Positions 25,651-36,949 of a stretch of 64,000 nucleotides of DNA are shown here, one piece after another. Both the position numbers and the translations under genes were made by a program. This DNA is from Dipteris shenzhenensis (lineage: Eukaryota). The notes beneath the pieces were generated by a model. It saw only the letters and a list, made by a program, of their open reading frames with translations, was not told the origin of the DNA and did no database searches. How positions within the stretch are numbered: position 1 is the stretch's first letter; the number at the start of each line of letters is the position of its first letter. Location of the stretch: assembly GCA_047967505.1 (NCBI GenBank), contig CM106538.1; one strand, 5' to 3'.

Positions 25651-26004
25651 AAATGTTATTGTAGGTGTAAGTGTGCATTATATGCAAATGTATGCAATGG
25701 AATGGTCTGTCTAGTATGCGAATGAGGTAGTTGCTTGTGTGTTGGGATTGTCAAGGTTGCTCCATATATAGTCTAAATGAGAGTCGTACATTGTTGGTTC
25801 TTTGAATTCTAAGTTAAGTGAAAGTAGTCCGTCATGGTTTGTAGATTTGTTGATTGTGATTTCTTAGAGAGGTATACATTTTGAACTCAATACTACGGCC
25901 TTGCCTTTAACAAGGTAGCGCACTCACTAAGATATTCCAACAAGTCGTAGAAGGGAAACGAAAGGTATCAATTGGAAAAAAACAGAAGAAAAAAATGCAA
26001 ATGA

Positions 26005-26281
26005 AGATGAATGAATATGGTGAAAGGTAGATGAGTGAAAAGAGAGAAGAGAAAAGAGATGAAAGAGGGGATATGCCATGAATGCAATTGAAGGTGAATA
26101 GGGATCCACAACGTTCCAAAAATAAAATTCAAGGTATTAGTTGTGGAGGTGGGCTCATGGAGGGGAAAATTAACCTAAGCATAAGTGAATATTAAGGGAA
26201 TGGTGTTGGCGGATTCTAGAACAATTGTGTCCTAGAAGCTTCTTGCCCCGAGCGTGTATACCAAAGGGAGGGGGATAGACG

Positions 26282-26318
<37 letters not shown>

Positions 26319-27345
26319 GAGGTTGAATCACTATAAGTCACTGTTGCTCTGCCATAGCCAAGGCTGTAGAGCTTAGTTGCGTCAATTTTTTGCTTGTCTT
26401 AGTTCGTGGAGGGCAACTAACTTTGCCACATGCGATTGAGGCAGTGAGAGAGGCCGAGCGAGGGAGACGGAGAGAGAGTGGGAGAGGTGCAGGGAGGGAG
26501 GCTCAAAATTTTCTACCTAAAATTAGAGATGCGTTGCAATTGATCTGGATAGATGATCGTCACCAGGTTGAAAGCTACGAATTTTAGGTAGTGGAAGAGT
26601 ACCTAATGAATGAATATGGGGAAAGGTAGATGAGTGAAAAGAGAAGAGATGAATAACTAATGACTACCCTATCCTAATGACTTAACCCTAAGATGTATCC
26701 TAAAATTCGAAATACATAATGGGGAAAGGTAGATTATTGAAAAGAGAGGAGAGAAAAGAGATGAAAGAGGGGATAGGCCATTAATAAATATAAGTAAATA
26801 ATATCACATGCTTTTAATAACGTGCTATCATAGAAGCTAAATGACAAAATGATTCACTACCCCTCATGTATTGGAAAATGACGAGTAGCATGACCCGGCG
26901 ACGACAGGTAAGAGACCCGCTCCGCTAGGTCTCAAGGTTGGGATATCAGGGTGCCTTTAATGTCAAGGAATAAAAGTTTAGCTAAATCTCAATATATGAA
27001 TGCTTTTTTAGGAAATTTCAAATTGGATCTTTACCATTGAGTTTAGTTGGGAAAGGTGCTATCATAGAAGCTAAATGACAAAATAATTCACTACCCCTCA
27101 TGTATTGGAAAATGATGTTAGAATCGAGGAAGCAATGTTAAAAGGATGGTGAAGGAATTGAATAGAAGGTGGGTGCTTTCTCCCAGATATGTGAAGTCAA
27201 TGGATGACTCGGTGATGATGCAAGAATCGAGGAAGAAATGTTACACAAGGATCCGTGAAGCAATTCAATGGTTAATAGAAGGTGGGTACTTTCTCCCAGG
27301 TATGTGAAGTCTATGGATGACTCGGTGATGATGCAAGAATCAGCG
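26005..27345. repeat. Cluster of local duplications and a (GA)n microsatellite
   Basis: GAAAGGTAGAT..GAAAAGAGA units at ~26020, 26620 and 26722; ~60-bp repeat at 26822 and 27056; ~110-bp tandem pair at 27120-27341; (GA)n at 26284-26315. Confidence 0.8.
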
Positions 27346-28381
27346 CATCCTTAGCAGGAATTAAGCAGATTGTAGTTGACAAAGCGCTTGAATGGTGTGG
27401 AAAGAAACTCTGATCTCAAGTTCCAACCCCCTTAGCCTGAAGGTGCGTGATTATGTAGCTCGAAGTTTGTTAATCATCTTTTTCGGTGGACTGAAATTAA
27501 CAACATGCATTTCCTCACCTATTGCCTGGAAGCCATAAGAGTACGTTGGAAATCACAAGTACGAACGCATCTCATAGCACTGCATCTAAAACGAGAGGCT
27601 AAAATATTAACCATAGACCCAGCAAGTTCTTTGATCAAATTAAGACCCATGCAAAGGTACTCCACCATTCTTGCCAGGTATGGAAACTATGATTCGTCAA
27701 TCGTGTCAGTACAACGCAAGAAATATATTCTATGGGAACCCAGGTCCACACCAGCAAACCAGCTTTGTATCATGGGAGGTCCATATCAGCAACCAGCTTT
27801 GTATCAATGCCAAGCGCAGACCTTGGAACCTTCGCCCAATGCCACGAACAGCCAACAGTAATGGGTAGAGGGATGTACAATGTAGCCCCTGATGTGCCAC
27901 TCCTCTACCAGAACCTGACGTTTCTGATCCTTGATCCGTTGATCAGCGGCAAATGAGTAACATAAACAAAGTAAGTGTCTGCACGTCATGTTTTGCACGG
28001 CCCATCGTGATGGAAGGTTACAAAGTTGTTGTTTAGGTCGTATAGTGTCCGTGCTGTCCCTTTGATCAAATAATCTGCCGTGATGATGCAACCTGCTTAC
28101 ATTTTTAAAATAAGCTTGCCCCTATTGACATATCAGCTCCCCAAGGTGTGGCCATGATGGTTCGGAAAGTGATGAGGTCAACTGATTCGTAGGTAAATGG
28201 CGACCCTATAAAGAAGTTTCCCTCATCAATTCCCTACTCCAAGGAGTGTAATCATGTTCTTATACTAGAATGTTGAGATAGTCTGCGTTGAATTATAACG
28301 GACAAATTCAAAGGCTCCAGATTCAGGGATAAAGGGTTGCTGTGGATAGACGCATACTACAACCCAGGTCAGGTTGAAGAC

Positions 28382-31300
28382 ATGTGTGCCAAGAGGGAGG
28401 TCAAGAACTTGCAAAGCCAGGGAATTAACGCATCTGGTCAGCCTGCAAAGAAAGGACATGCGTGCTCGAACTCTGACCATGGCTTGGGTGAGGAGCTTAC
28501 ATTGTTCAACCATATGAACGATGACAGCTTCAAGTCTGCAGTAAAAGCATATGCACAACCACTGCGAGAGGGCAGTGGTTGGGAGATGCTGAGCTTGGAG
28601 GAGACACTCGGTAATTTGGACCGGATAGCTGAACTGCCTTCCATCGAGGACTTTATCTGCATCTTGCAGAAGTGCAAGAAAACAAAATCTGTAGTGTGTG
28701 CCAAGCGTTTACACGCACATATTTGCATTAATGGTCTGGAAGCTCATAGAGCTGTTGGGAACCACATTGTGCCAATGTTTGTTGAATGTCGGAGTATGTC
28801 TGATGCTCAGCAGGTTTTTAACAGGTTGGCTCACCGAAAGGACCATTCATGGACTGCTCTTATATTAGGGTTTATCCAATTGGGGCAAACGCAGCATGCT
28901 CTCAAGCTCTATCAGAAAATGAAGGAGGATATAGTACAACCTAGCAGGTATACACTTATTGCCATACTAAAAGCTTGTGCCAGGCTGAAAGAGACAAAAA
29001 GAGGCCGAGAGATTCACGTTGAAATCGCACAAATGGGATTTGAAAAGGATATATTTGTTGGCAACACTTTGGTCGACATGTATGCCAAATGTGGCTCTCT
29101 TTTAGAGGCTCGAGAAATCTTTGACAGCCTGCCTGTCAGAAGTGTTGTATCATGGAGTGCACTCATTGCAGGATATGCTGAACATGGACCTGGTCAGGAA
29201 GCATTAAAGTGTTATGAACAGATGCAATTGGAGGGTGTTTCTCCAAACACAGTTACGTATGTTTGCGTCTTGAAAGCATGCGGCAACATGGGAGCCATAG
29301 GGAAGGGCCGATATATACATCTTGACATTGCAAAAAGGGGGTTTGAAAATGAACCTTTTGTAGGCAATATTTTGATTGATTTGTATGCCAAATGTGGCTA
29401 TCTTTCAGAAGCACAGGAAGTCTTTGACAAGCTGCCAGTTCGAGATGTTGTGACGTGGAGTGCGCTAATTGCAGGATATACCGAACATGGACCTGGTGAG
29501 GAAGCGCTAAAATGTTTTGAAGAGATGCAACTGGAAGGTGTTTCTCCAAATGCTGTCACATTTGTTTGCGTGTTGAAAGCTTGTGGCAACATAAGAGCCA
29601 TAAGCAAGGGCCGAGAAATACATGCTGAGATCAGACAAAAGGGATTTGAAGGAGATCATCTTCTTGGCAACGCTTTGGCTGACATGTATGCCAAATGTGG
29701 CTCTCTTTCAGAGGCACAGGAGGTCTTTAACAAGCTGCCAGTTCGAGATGTGGTGTCTTGGAATGCAATGATTGCAGGGTATGCAGAACATGGACCTCAT
29801 CAGGAAGCACTGAAGTATTTTGAACAGATGCAACATGAGGGCATCTCTCCAGATGATGTCATGCTTGTTTGTGTCTTGAAAGCTTGTGGCAGCATAAGTG
29901 CCATTGGCAAGGGCCGAGAAATACATGCTGAGATTGTACAAAAGGGATTTGAAAGAGACCCTTTTGTGGGCAACACCTTGGTGGACATGTATGTGAAATG
30001 TGGCTCACTTTCAGAGGCACGGGAAGTCTTTGACAAGCTGCCAGTTCGAGATGTCGTGTCATGGAACACTCTGCTTGCAGGGTATGCTGAACATGGGCTT
30101 GGTCAGAAAGCACTGGAATGTTTCGAAAAAATGCAACTGGAGGGTGTCTCTCCTGTTGCTGTAATGTTTGTTTGTGTCTTGAAAGCTTGTGCCAGCACAG
30201 GATTTATAAGCAAGGGCCGAGAAATACATGCTGAGATCACACGAAAGGGTTTGGAGAGAGATTCTTTTATTAGCAACATGTTGATCGACATGTATGCCAA
30301 ATGTGGCTCACTTGCAGAGGCACAGGAAGTCTTTGACAAGCTGCCAGTTCGAGATGGTGTGTCATGGAACACATTAATTGCAGGATATGCAGAACATGGA
30401 CTTGGTTGGGAAGCACTGAGAAGTTTTGAATGGATGCTACTGGAGGGTCTCTCTCCTGACGCGGTCACATTTGTCTGTGTCTTGAAAGCTTGCAGCTGCA
30501 CAGGATCTATAGTTAAGGGCCGCGAAATACATGCTCAAATCTCACAAAAAGGATTTCAGGGAGATGTCTTCCTTGGCAGCATTTTAATCGACATGTATGC
30601 CAAATGTGGGTCACTGGCAGAGGCACAAGCAGTTTTTGACAAGCTGCCAGTTCGAAATGTTGTGTCATGGAATGCACTAATTGCAGGATATGCTGAACAT
30701 TTACCTTGTGAGGAAGCCTTAAAAACTTTTGAACTAATGCAACTTGAGCACATCTCGCCGGATGCTGTCACAATTGCTTGTGTCTTGAAAGCCTGTGGGA
30801 GCATAGGTGCCCTCTGCAAGGGCCGAGAATTACATGTAGGAATCACACAAAAGGGATTTGAAAGAGATATCCGTGTTGGCAGCACTTTGATTGACATGTA
30901 TGCCAAGTGTGGCTCTCTTTGTGAGGCACAGGGAGTCTTTGACAAGCTGCCAGTTCGAAATGTTGTGTCCTGGAATGCAATGATAAAAGGATATGGCATA
31001 AATCATGAGGGTGTCTTGGCTATACAATGTTTTGAGGACATGCAAGAACACTGTGTGCAGCCAGATGCAATTACATTCACATGCCTTCTTGCTGCGTGCA
31101 GCCAAACGAACCTGCTATTTAAAGGCGAAAAGTATTTCCAGATGATGATAGAAGAATATGGCATCGCACCTACCATTGATCACTATACTTGCATGGTTGA
31201 TCTCCTTGCACGATCGGGACATTTATTTGAGGCAGAGAAATTTGTTAAAACTATGCTGTGTCCTCCATCTGAGGAAACTTGGACAGCTTTGCTCAGTGCC

Positions 31301-31720
31301 TGCAAAACTTATGGGGAAGTGGAACTAGGACAGAAATGCTTTCAGCAACTTGTTGAGATGGATGCAGAATCTGGTAGTCCATATGTGCTCATGGCAAATA
31401 TCTATGCAAGTGCTGGCAGGTTGGATGATGCATACAGAATAGAGGAGCTGAGGAAGCACGCAGGGGCAAAGAAAAGGCTTGCAGGTGCTTTGATGGAGAT
31501 GGACAAAAGGGTGCATGAGTTTGTCGTGGGTGACAGCAAATGCAAGGAAATTTCGGCAATGCTGGAAATCTTGAGTTCACGTATGAAGGGGGAAGGCCAT
31601 GTGCCAAATCTGGAACTGGTCCTGAGATCCAGCTCTGTTGAAGAGAATGAAGCTCTATCATGTGAGCATGCAGACAAATTGGCCACGAGTTTTGGACTGC
31701 TCAAGACAGATGCTATGTGA
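28382..31720 (+). CDS. PLS-class pentatricopeptide repeat protein (about 26 motifs, E1-E2, truncated DYW:KP-like domain); organellar RNA-editing factor
   Basis: Uninterrupted ORF of over 1100 codons, first ATG at 28382; L-S-(P-L-S)x7-P2-L2-S2 with SWNALIAGYAEHG / FVCVLKACG / LIDMYAKCGSL units; E1 TWTALLSACKTYG; E2 PYVLMANIYA; tail ...VHEFVVG...CEHADKLATSFGLLKT. Confidence 0.95.
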   Translation: MCAKREVKNLQSQGINASGQPAKKGHACSNSDHGLGEELTLFNHMNDDSFKSAVKAYAQPLREGSGWEMLSLEETLGNLDRIAELPSIEDFICILQKCKKTKSVVCAKRLHAHICINGLEAHRAVGNHIVPMFVECRSMSDAQQVFNRLAHRKDHSWTALILGFIQLGQTQHALKLYQKMKEDIVQPSRYTLIAILKACARLKETKRGREIHVEIAQMGFEKDIFVGNTLVDMYAKCGSLLEAREIFDSLPVRSVVSWSALIAGYAEHGPGQEALKCYEQMQLEGVSPNTVTYVCVLKACGNMGAIGKGRYIHLDIAKRGFENEPFVGNILIDLYAKCGYLSEAQEVFDKLPVRDVVTWSALIAGYTEHGPGEEALKCFEEMQLEGVSPNAVTFVCVLKACGNIRAISKGREIHAEIRQKGFEGDHLLGNALADMYAKCGSLSEAQEVFNKLPVRDVVSWNAMIAGYAEHGPHQEALKYFEQMQHEGISPDDVMLVCVLKACGSISAIGKGREIHAEIVQKGFERDPFVGNTLVDMYVKCGSLSEAREVFDKLPVRDVVSWNTLLAGYAEHGLGQKALECFEKMQLEGVSPVAVMFVCVLKACASTGFISKGREIHAEITRKGLERDSFISNMLIDMYAKCGSLAEAQEVFDKLPVRDGVSWNTLIAGYAEHGLGWEALRSFEWMLLEGLSPDAVTFVCVLKACSCTGSIVKGREIHAQISQKGFQGDVFLGSILIDMYAKCGSLAEAQAVFDKLPVRNVVSWNALIAGYAEHLPCEEALKTFELMQLEHISPDAVTIACVLKACGSIGALCKGRELHVGITQKGFERDIRVGSTLIDMYAKCGSLCEAQGVFDKLPVRNVVSWNAMIKGYGINHEGVLAIQCFEDMQEHCVQPDAITFTCLLAACSQTNLLFKGEKYFQMMIEEYGIAPTIDHYTCMVDLLARSGHLFEAEKFVKTMLCPPSEETWTALLSACKTYGEVELGQKCFQQLVEMDAESGSPYVLMANIYASAGRLDDAYRIEELRKHAGAKKRLAGALMEMDKRVHEFVVGDSKCKEISAMLEILSSRMKGEGHVPNLELVLRSSSVEENEALSCEHADKLATSFGLLKTDAM

Positions 31721-32749
31721 CAAACTTTAAAAGTGTGCAAACTTTTGTTAAGCAAGGATGTTCAATATCTCAGATGGAAAAACTAGCGATCCTTCTTTAA
31801 GGGTTGAAGGATGAGACCTATAGTACAGCACGGATGATATGCGTTCTTTTGGACAGTTCTCATCATCTGGTTTTCTTTCATACGTGCCTGCCGCTTGGGG
31901 AAGAAACATGTGTATTCAAGGACTTACAAGGTTATACATATTTATATTTGAGGGTTTTTCAGAGTGATTATGGTCAACAAGAGCTTGGAAAAGTGATATA
32001 TTTAACTTGACACAACAGCTGGGGGTTGTGAACTTACACCAATTACTAAGAGCTGAAGTAATAGGATGCTCAGCACACCACAGTCAACATTGCTCTTGTT
32101 TTGGAGCACTTTGTTAAAAAATACTAACAAAAAATGGCAGGTACCAATTTACCAGAGATGCGACCCACCTCTAATTTAATGGGAGGTTGGGAAGGAGGGG
32201 GAGATAGTGAAAATCACCAGCTCCAGGGTTGTGAACTCAGCTCAACTCACTCTGAGCTTGACTGGCTGTTGTTGGTCAAATTCTTTTGCTCTGTAGGCCA
32301 TTTGACGGATTTCCTTCAAGCCTGCAAACTGCTCTCGTGAGCACAATGGTCATGTTGGGGAAAACATTCAGTATGTTAAGGAGGGACATGAAGTCGAGTT
32401 GGTGATGATGCAGGCTTCTCCAGCATGGCCAGGAAATGCAATTGGTCGAAGAAGTACACTACACAAGTCGAAATCGCTCCTCCCTATTCAGAATAGAAAG
32501 AAGGAACTCCAAGGAGGTGTTAGATGGACAAAGTCAACGATTGGGAAACGCTTGTTTTGATGGAGAGCAACCAAAAAATCAATATGCTCTGTGATCAGGT
32601 GACATTTACACTACGGTCCAGGATGTGTGATGTCCAGGATGTGTGATGGAAGACTGCAGAGTTTACATAGCCAAGAATGTGATGCAAGCATTGAATCATG
32701 TTAAGGACAAGCGGGGGAGCTTTCTAGTCTGCTGGAAAGGTGTATGACT

Positions 32750-35399
32750 TCAAGCACAAGAGCAAAGCTCGTATTTCACTCATTTCGAGCATGTTTGAAG
32801 AAAAGAAGTCTTCATTGGCTTTCAGGGGAACATTCTACCACCCCCGTGTTGGGTCGCTCTATTATATGCACAGTGTGCTTGCCAATGCGATCTTTCCATG
32901 CCCTGAGTGAACCACACTCCAATGCTTCCATAATTCCATGCCATGTATGGTGTATGAGCATATAAAAGGTGCTGCCAAATAGAAAAACAAATTAGTAAAT
33001 ATAGGACCATTCAATATGCACATCTCAATGTCTAAGTTAGAGATTACCATGTACTGTGTGAAATGATTCTTTCCGCAAGCTATCTCCATATTCTGGCTGA
33101 AGTCATCCATAACATTGATGAAAAACTGTGCATCATCTTCTTCCAATCTTTTCTTTTGTAGTAAAGGTACCAAGCTATCAAGAGCTAACCACACGCGCCT
33201 TTTTCAGTCTTTTTTGTCCCTTCCCCCTTCGGTCACAACATGCATTGTGTAACTTTCTCCATACATCAAACTCATTAGCATGTTTGAGCTTGTCATTCTT
33301 CTTCTTTGTAGAAAGGAATTTTAAAGCCTTGACACCACCAAAGCTTGGCTTACAAGGAACATTACTTGTTTTTCCAAATCTTTTCTCATCTTTTGTAATC
33401 TTTACTTGCCTAGAGTGTAGTCCCATATCTGAAAGAACCTTTTTAATTCTTGCAATCATCCTCTTACTCTCTTGTTGGGGCTTCAAGTTATATGCATCAA
33501 TGATGTACAAATGCACCAACTTTTTAATTATTCTCACAATAGCATGAAGCACACAAATGTATACTCGCTCAAGAGGAATTTCAAGAATTGGGCTCGATGA
33601 TGGATCTTTCCCTGGAGCATTCCTATCTGGTGTCTTAGTTTGTTGATCTATCTCTGCACGTTTAGAGGCCCATTGCTTTTGATTCTTTTTACCACCCTTT
33701 GCAGGTACTCTCGTTTGCATGCACAGTGGACAAGGATGGCTTGTATTTGCTCCATGTGCCACATTAAACATACATTTAATAGTCTTGAGGCTAGCAGCTA
33801 GATGCCATTCTACACGGTAGGATCCATAGCCCTCAACTTCAAGTAGCTCACCATTGTTATGACCTTTGATCACACTTGGGATATCGGTTTGGTAAACCAC
33901 TTCAAAATTGAATGTGACTCTTTCAGCACCTGCAAAAAAAACTCACATGTTATTTCAAAATATTCTAAGTCTTTTTGCATTATTGCATTATTCATACCTC
34001 AAAGGCAGCCAACCACCAAATCTCCTGTTCTGATTGCACCGTTCTGATTGCACCACTGAACTGTCTTGCATCATCAAGCTCAACTTCAAGGTCTAGTATT
34101 CTATTCATCATTGTCAAACTAACTCTTTCTAATTTTTTACCTTGGACCACCTCACTTTCATCAAGCTTTAGTACAATCTTCAGAGTATCATTGCATTCCT
34201 CCATAGGCATATCATAAAACTTCACCATGGCTTGCAGAACTCTTCAAACATTCATCACAAAGTTATTGTTGACTGTCAATTTCAATTCTTTAGTCTCTCC
34301 AGCCTTTGTTTTCAAAGTTAATGTACTACATACATGCTGGGGGCTCACCGACTAAATCAAGTACGCCCAAATTGAGTGCATGCCTGGCCTTATCAACATC
34401 AGTCAGTTTAGGAAGCAAGGCTTTAACTTTTGCTCCTACAGAAAGACATGTTGTTTTTAAGCTCTTAAATATGAGCCAATATGCCCTTGTACTTATCCTT
34501 GTAGTATCACAAACTCCCTGTGCACTAGTTGCATTGAAATGCTCTACAACTTTGTTCATTGACTCAGATGTTATCTCTAATTTTAGACTTTTGAATTTTG
34601 GATGTTGTATGACAGACTCCAATATTTTTTTTGTAAACACTTCACCCATAGCACCATAGTGTTCATCATGGATAGACATGAGTTCTGAAACACTCCTGCA
34701 AGCTCTCACTCAACGCTTCCAGTGACCCCTTTTCTTGGATATTTCATCCATTGAACGCAATTTTCTCTTACGTAGTCTTGGGCCTATTGAAGTATCCTTC
34801 ATGAATGATAATGTTTTTTCTAACTTCTTGATCTCATTCTTCAGAGCTGTGTTTTGCATTTGTAAGTGAATTGCATTTATAGTGCTCTCTCCCAATTGAG
34901 CATCTAATGTTTGAACCTTTACCTGTAATTCTTGATTTTTATTCTCTATGCCATCATATGCAGACATTTAAACACGTGTAGCTTGCATAGATGATACCAA
35001 ATGTTCATTCCAAGCCTCCAACATTGTGATCCTTTTGTCTCTTTCATTAAGCAAAGATTGATATTAGGGCTGTGAAGGCTACTTGCTCCATGACTAATCA
35101 ACCTTTGATAATATCCTAACAAACCATTCTCACCCTTACATAGGAACTTTATTAAGTTGATCAATCCATGGAATTGAAGAGTCTGACAAGTTTATGGATC
35201 TACTAGATATATTTTCCCTTCTAACCAAAAATCCATATGTGCTTTTTCTTAATTTCAAAGAGCTACTAAATCACTTTCACTTGCAGCTAAAGAGGATTCA
35301 TTCCTCTTTAAAAATGGTGCATTCTCAGCATCTATTTAAAAATGGATATCCACCTTTTTAAAATTCCAAGCAGCTTGCATGATTTCATGCACTTTCCAC
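32750..35399 (-). pseudogene. Decayed intron-containing DDE transposase with a RAG1/Transib/Chapaev-like core
   Basis: Motifs in order: IVLKLDES, WHLAA(S)LKTIK...HPCPLC, YICVLH, spliced TQYM|HLLYAH-x19-E with GSIGVW; GT-AG introns at 33930-33997 and 32972-33047; several stops and frameshifts. Confidence 0.8.
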
Positions 35400-35559
35400 C
35401 TAATACAATATAACATTGACATTAACAAATAATATACAAACATGACATGTTTCAGAAAAGTATCAAACTAAGCAAAAATGAAAACCTCAATTGCATGTAA
35501 AATCTAACGATTGAAATCTACAAATTCAAAAAAACATTTACTTATCATCAAACATTGTT

Positions 35560-36405
35560 AAACTATGTGAATGAACAATATCTCACAGGGAGCTTTGAAG
35601 AAAAACCATGATCAAATGTGTTCTCCTCAATGGTCCCTCTAATAATCAAGGATGTTGAAATTGATGGATTTTTGTCCAATACTAATTATACGCTTCCAAA
35701 CAACTCCAAATCTATTTCAAACCATCTTCTGTAAAAAACCTTAATGGTAAGAGTGTATCTCTTAAAACAAAAAAATATTTCTTTCTCTTTAAATCATGTA
35801 TTAAAAGAAAACAACAAAATTACCAAAACAAACTACAAATTAACTGCTTCTTCAAAGTTGCATCATAAAATCTCATTATTTTCATTGTCTTGCATTGTTC
35901 TAAAGGTTTTCTCACCTGAATCTCCATGCAAGTTGCTCTAATAGACCCTGATTTGAGTTGAAAACTAAAAACATTCTAAAACTACATGAATGAACAGTAC
36001 TTGATTCTTGGAGCAAGGTTCTTTGAAAGAAAAATGTGATCAAACTCGTCCCTCCCAGTGGTCCCAAATGTGTTCCAGGATTGATGAAGTTGATGGTTCT
36101 TGCTTCAAAACAAATTATATGCTCCCAAACATCTCGAAATCTATTTCAAGCAATATTTTGTAAGAAACCATTGATAGTAAGAGTGAAAAAGACTCATTTC
36201 TCATGGAATTTCTTACAAAACAAACAAAATTTTCAACGTTTTCAAACCATGAAATAAAACAAAACAACACAACTACACAAAATGAACTACGAGCTTACTG
36301 TCTCTTCAAAGTTACATCATTAACAAACAAATCTCATCATAATCACTGTATTGCATTGTTCCAAAGATTATCTCACTTGAACCTCCATACAAGCTGTCTA
36401 GATGG
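35560..36405. repeat. ~420-bp diverged tandem duplication upstream of the transposase
   Basis: AACTAYRTGAATGAACA...TGATCAAA...TGGTCCC...AAATCTATTTCAA...CTTCAAAGTT...CTCCATRCAAG in the same order from ~35560 and ~35980. Confidence 0.75.
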
Positions 36406-36878
36406 AGGACCCCAAACCTTCGAAATCATGCACCCTTAGAGATTGCAGTAGGGAAAGTAACTAGTATTGAGAGATGGGCAAAAGAAAGATTGATTCTCAT
36501 CCATCAGCACCTGCAATGCCTAAAAGTCAATCTTCTTTGATCCTTTCTCAAAGAATCTCCTCCAGTAGCTCCTTCTAAGCTCCAAACACCTTGCATCATT
36601 CATGAATAAAAGGAGTGTGGTAGTTGGATGGGAGGATTTGGTTTCAAGTCAAATGGTACTTGGTTGAGAAACTAGGTTTCTCAGTTTGGTTACAGTTAAA
36701 AAACGTGATGGGAGAGTTGAGGTAGCAAGTGGATGCTCCACCTCATTGTTTGGGCCATTGAATAAAGAAATAGAGAAGTCACACCACTTCCAAGATTCTA
36801 TTGCCCTCCACCAGCCAATATTCTATTGGGTTTTATTCACCTTATTCTTCCATGTCACCAGCCCAAGGGCTCCCTTAC

Positions 36879-36910
36879 AGGGCCCTTTTTGAGTCCAAAT
36901 TTTTTGTAAT
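36879..36910. repeat. Terminal-like motif, copy 1
   Basis: AGGGCCCTTTTTGAGTCCAAATTTTTTGTAATG; direct near-copy at 43268-43302. Confidence 0.6.
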
Positions 36911-36949
36911 GGTAATTGTGGGGTAATTGTACTCGATGAGGAAGTGGAT

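Noticed and set aside
27505-28091. Short ORFs upstream of the PPR gene
   Set aside because: No recognisable motif or consistent exon structure
28438-31755. Antisense ORFs overlapping the PPR gene
   Set aside because: Shadow frames of the repetitive coding strand
32342-32348. CACAATG, resembling a Transib TIR start or RSS heptamer, downstream of the transposase
   Set aside because: No matching inverted partner, nonamer or TSD found; a single 7-mer is expected by chance in 64 kb
32596-32616. CATTTACA/CACTAC as the left TIR pairing with 43295-43302
   Set aside because: Only about 8 nt match exactly and there is no TSD; too weak to call an element boundary
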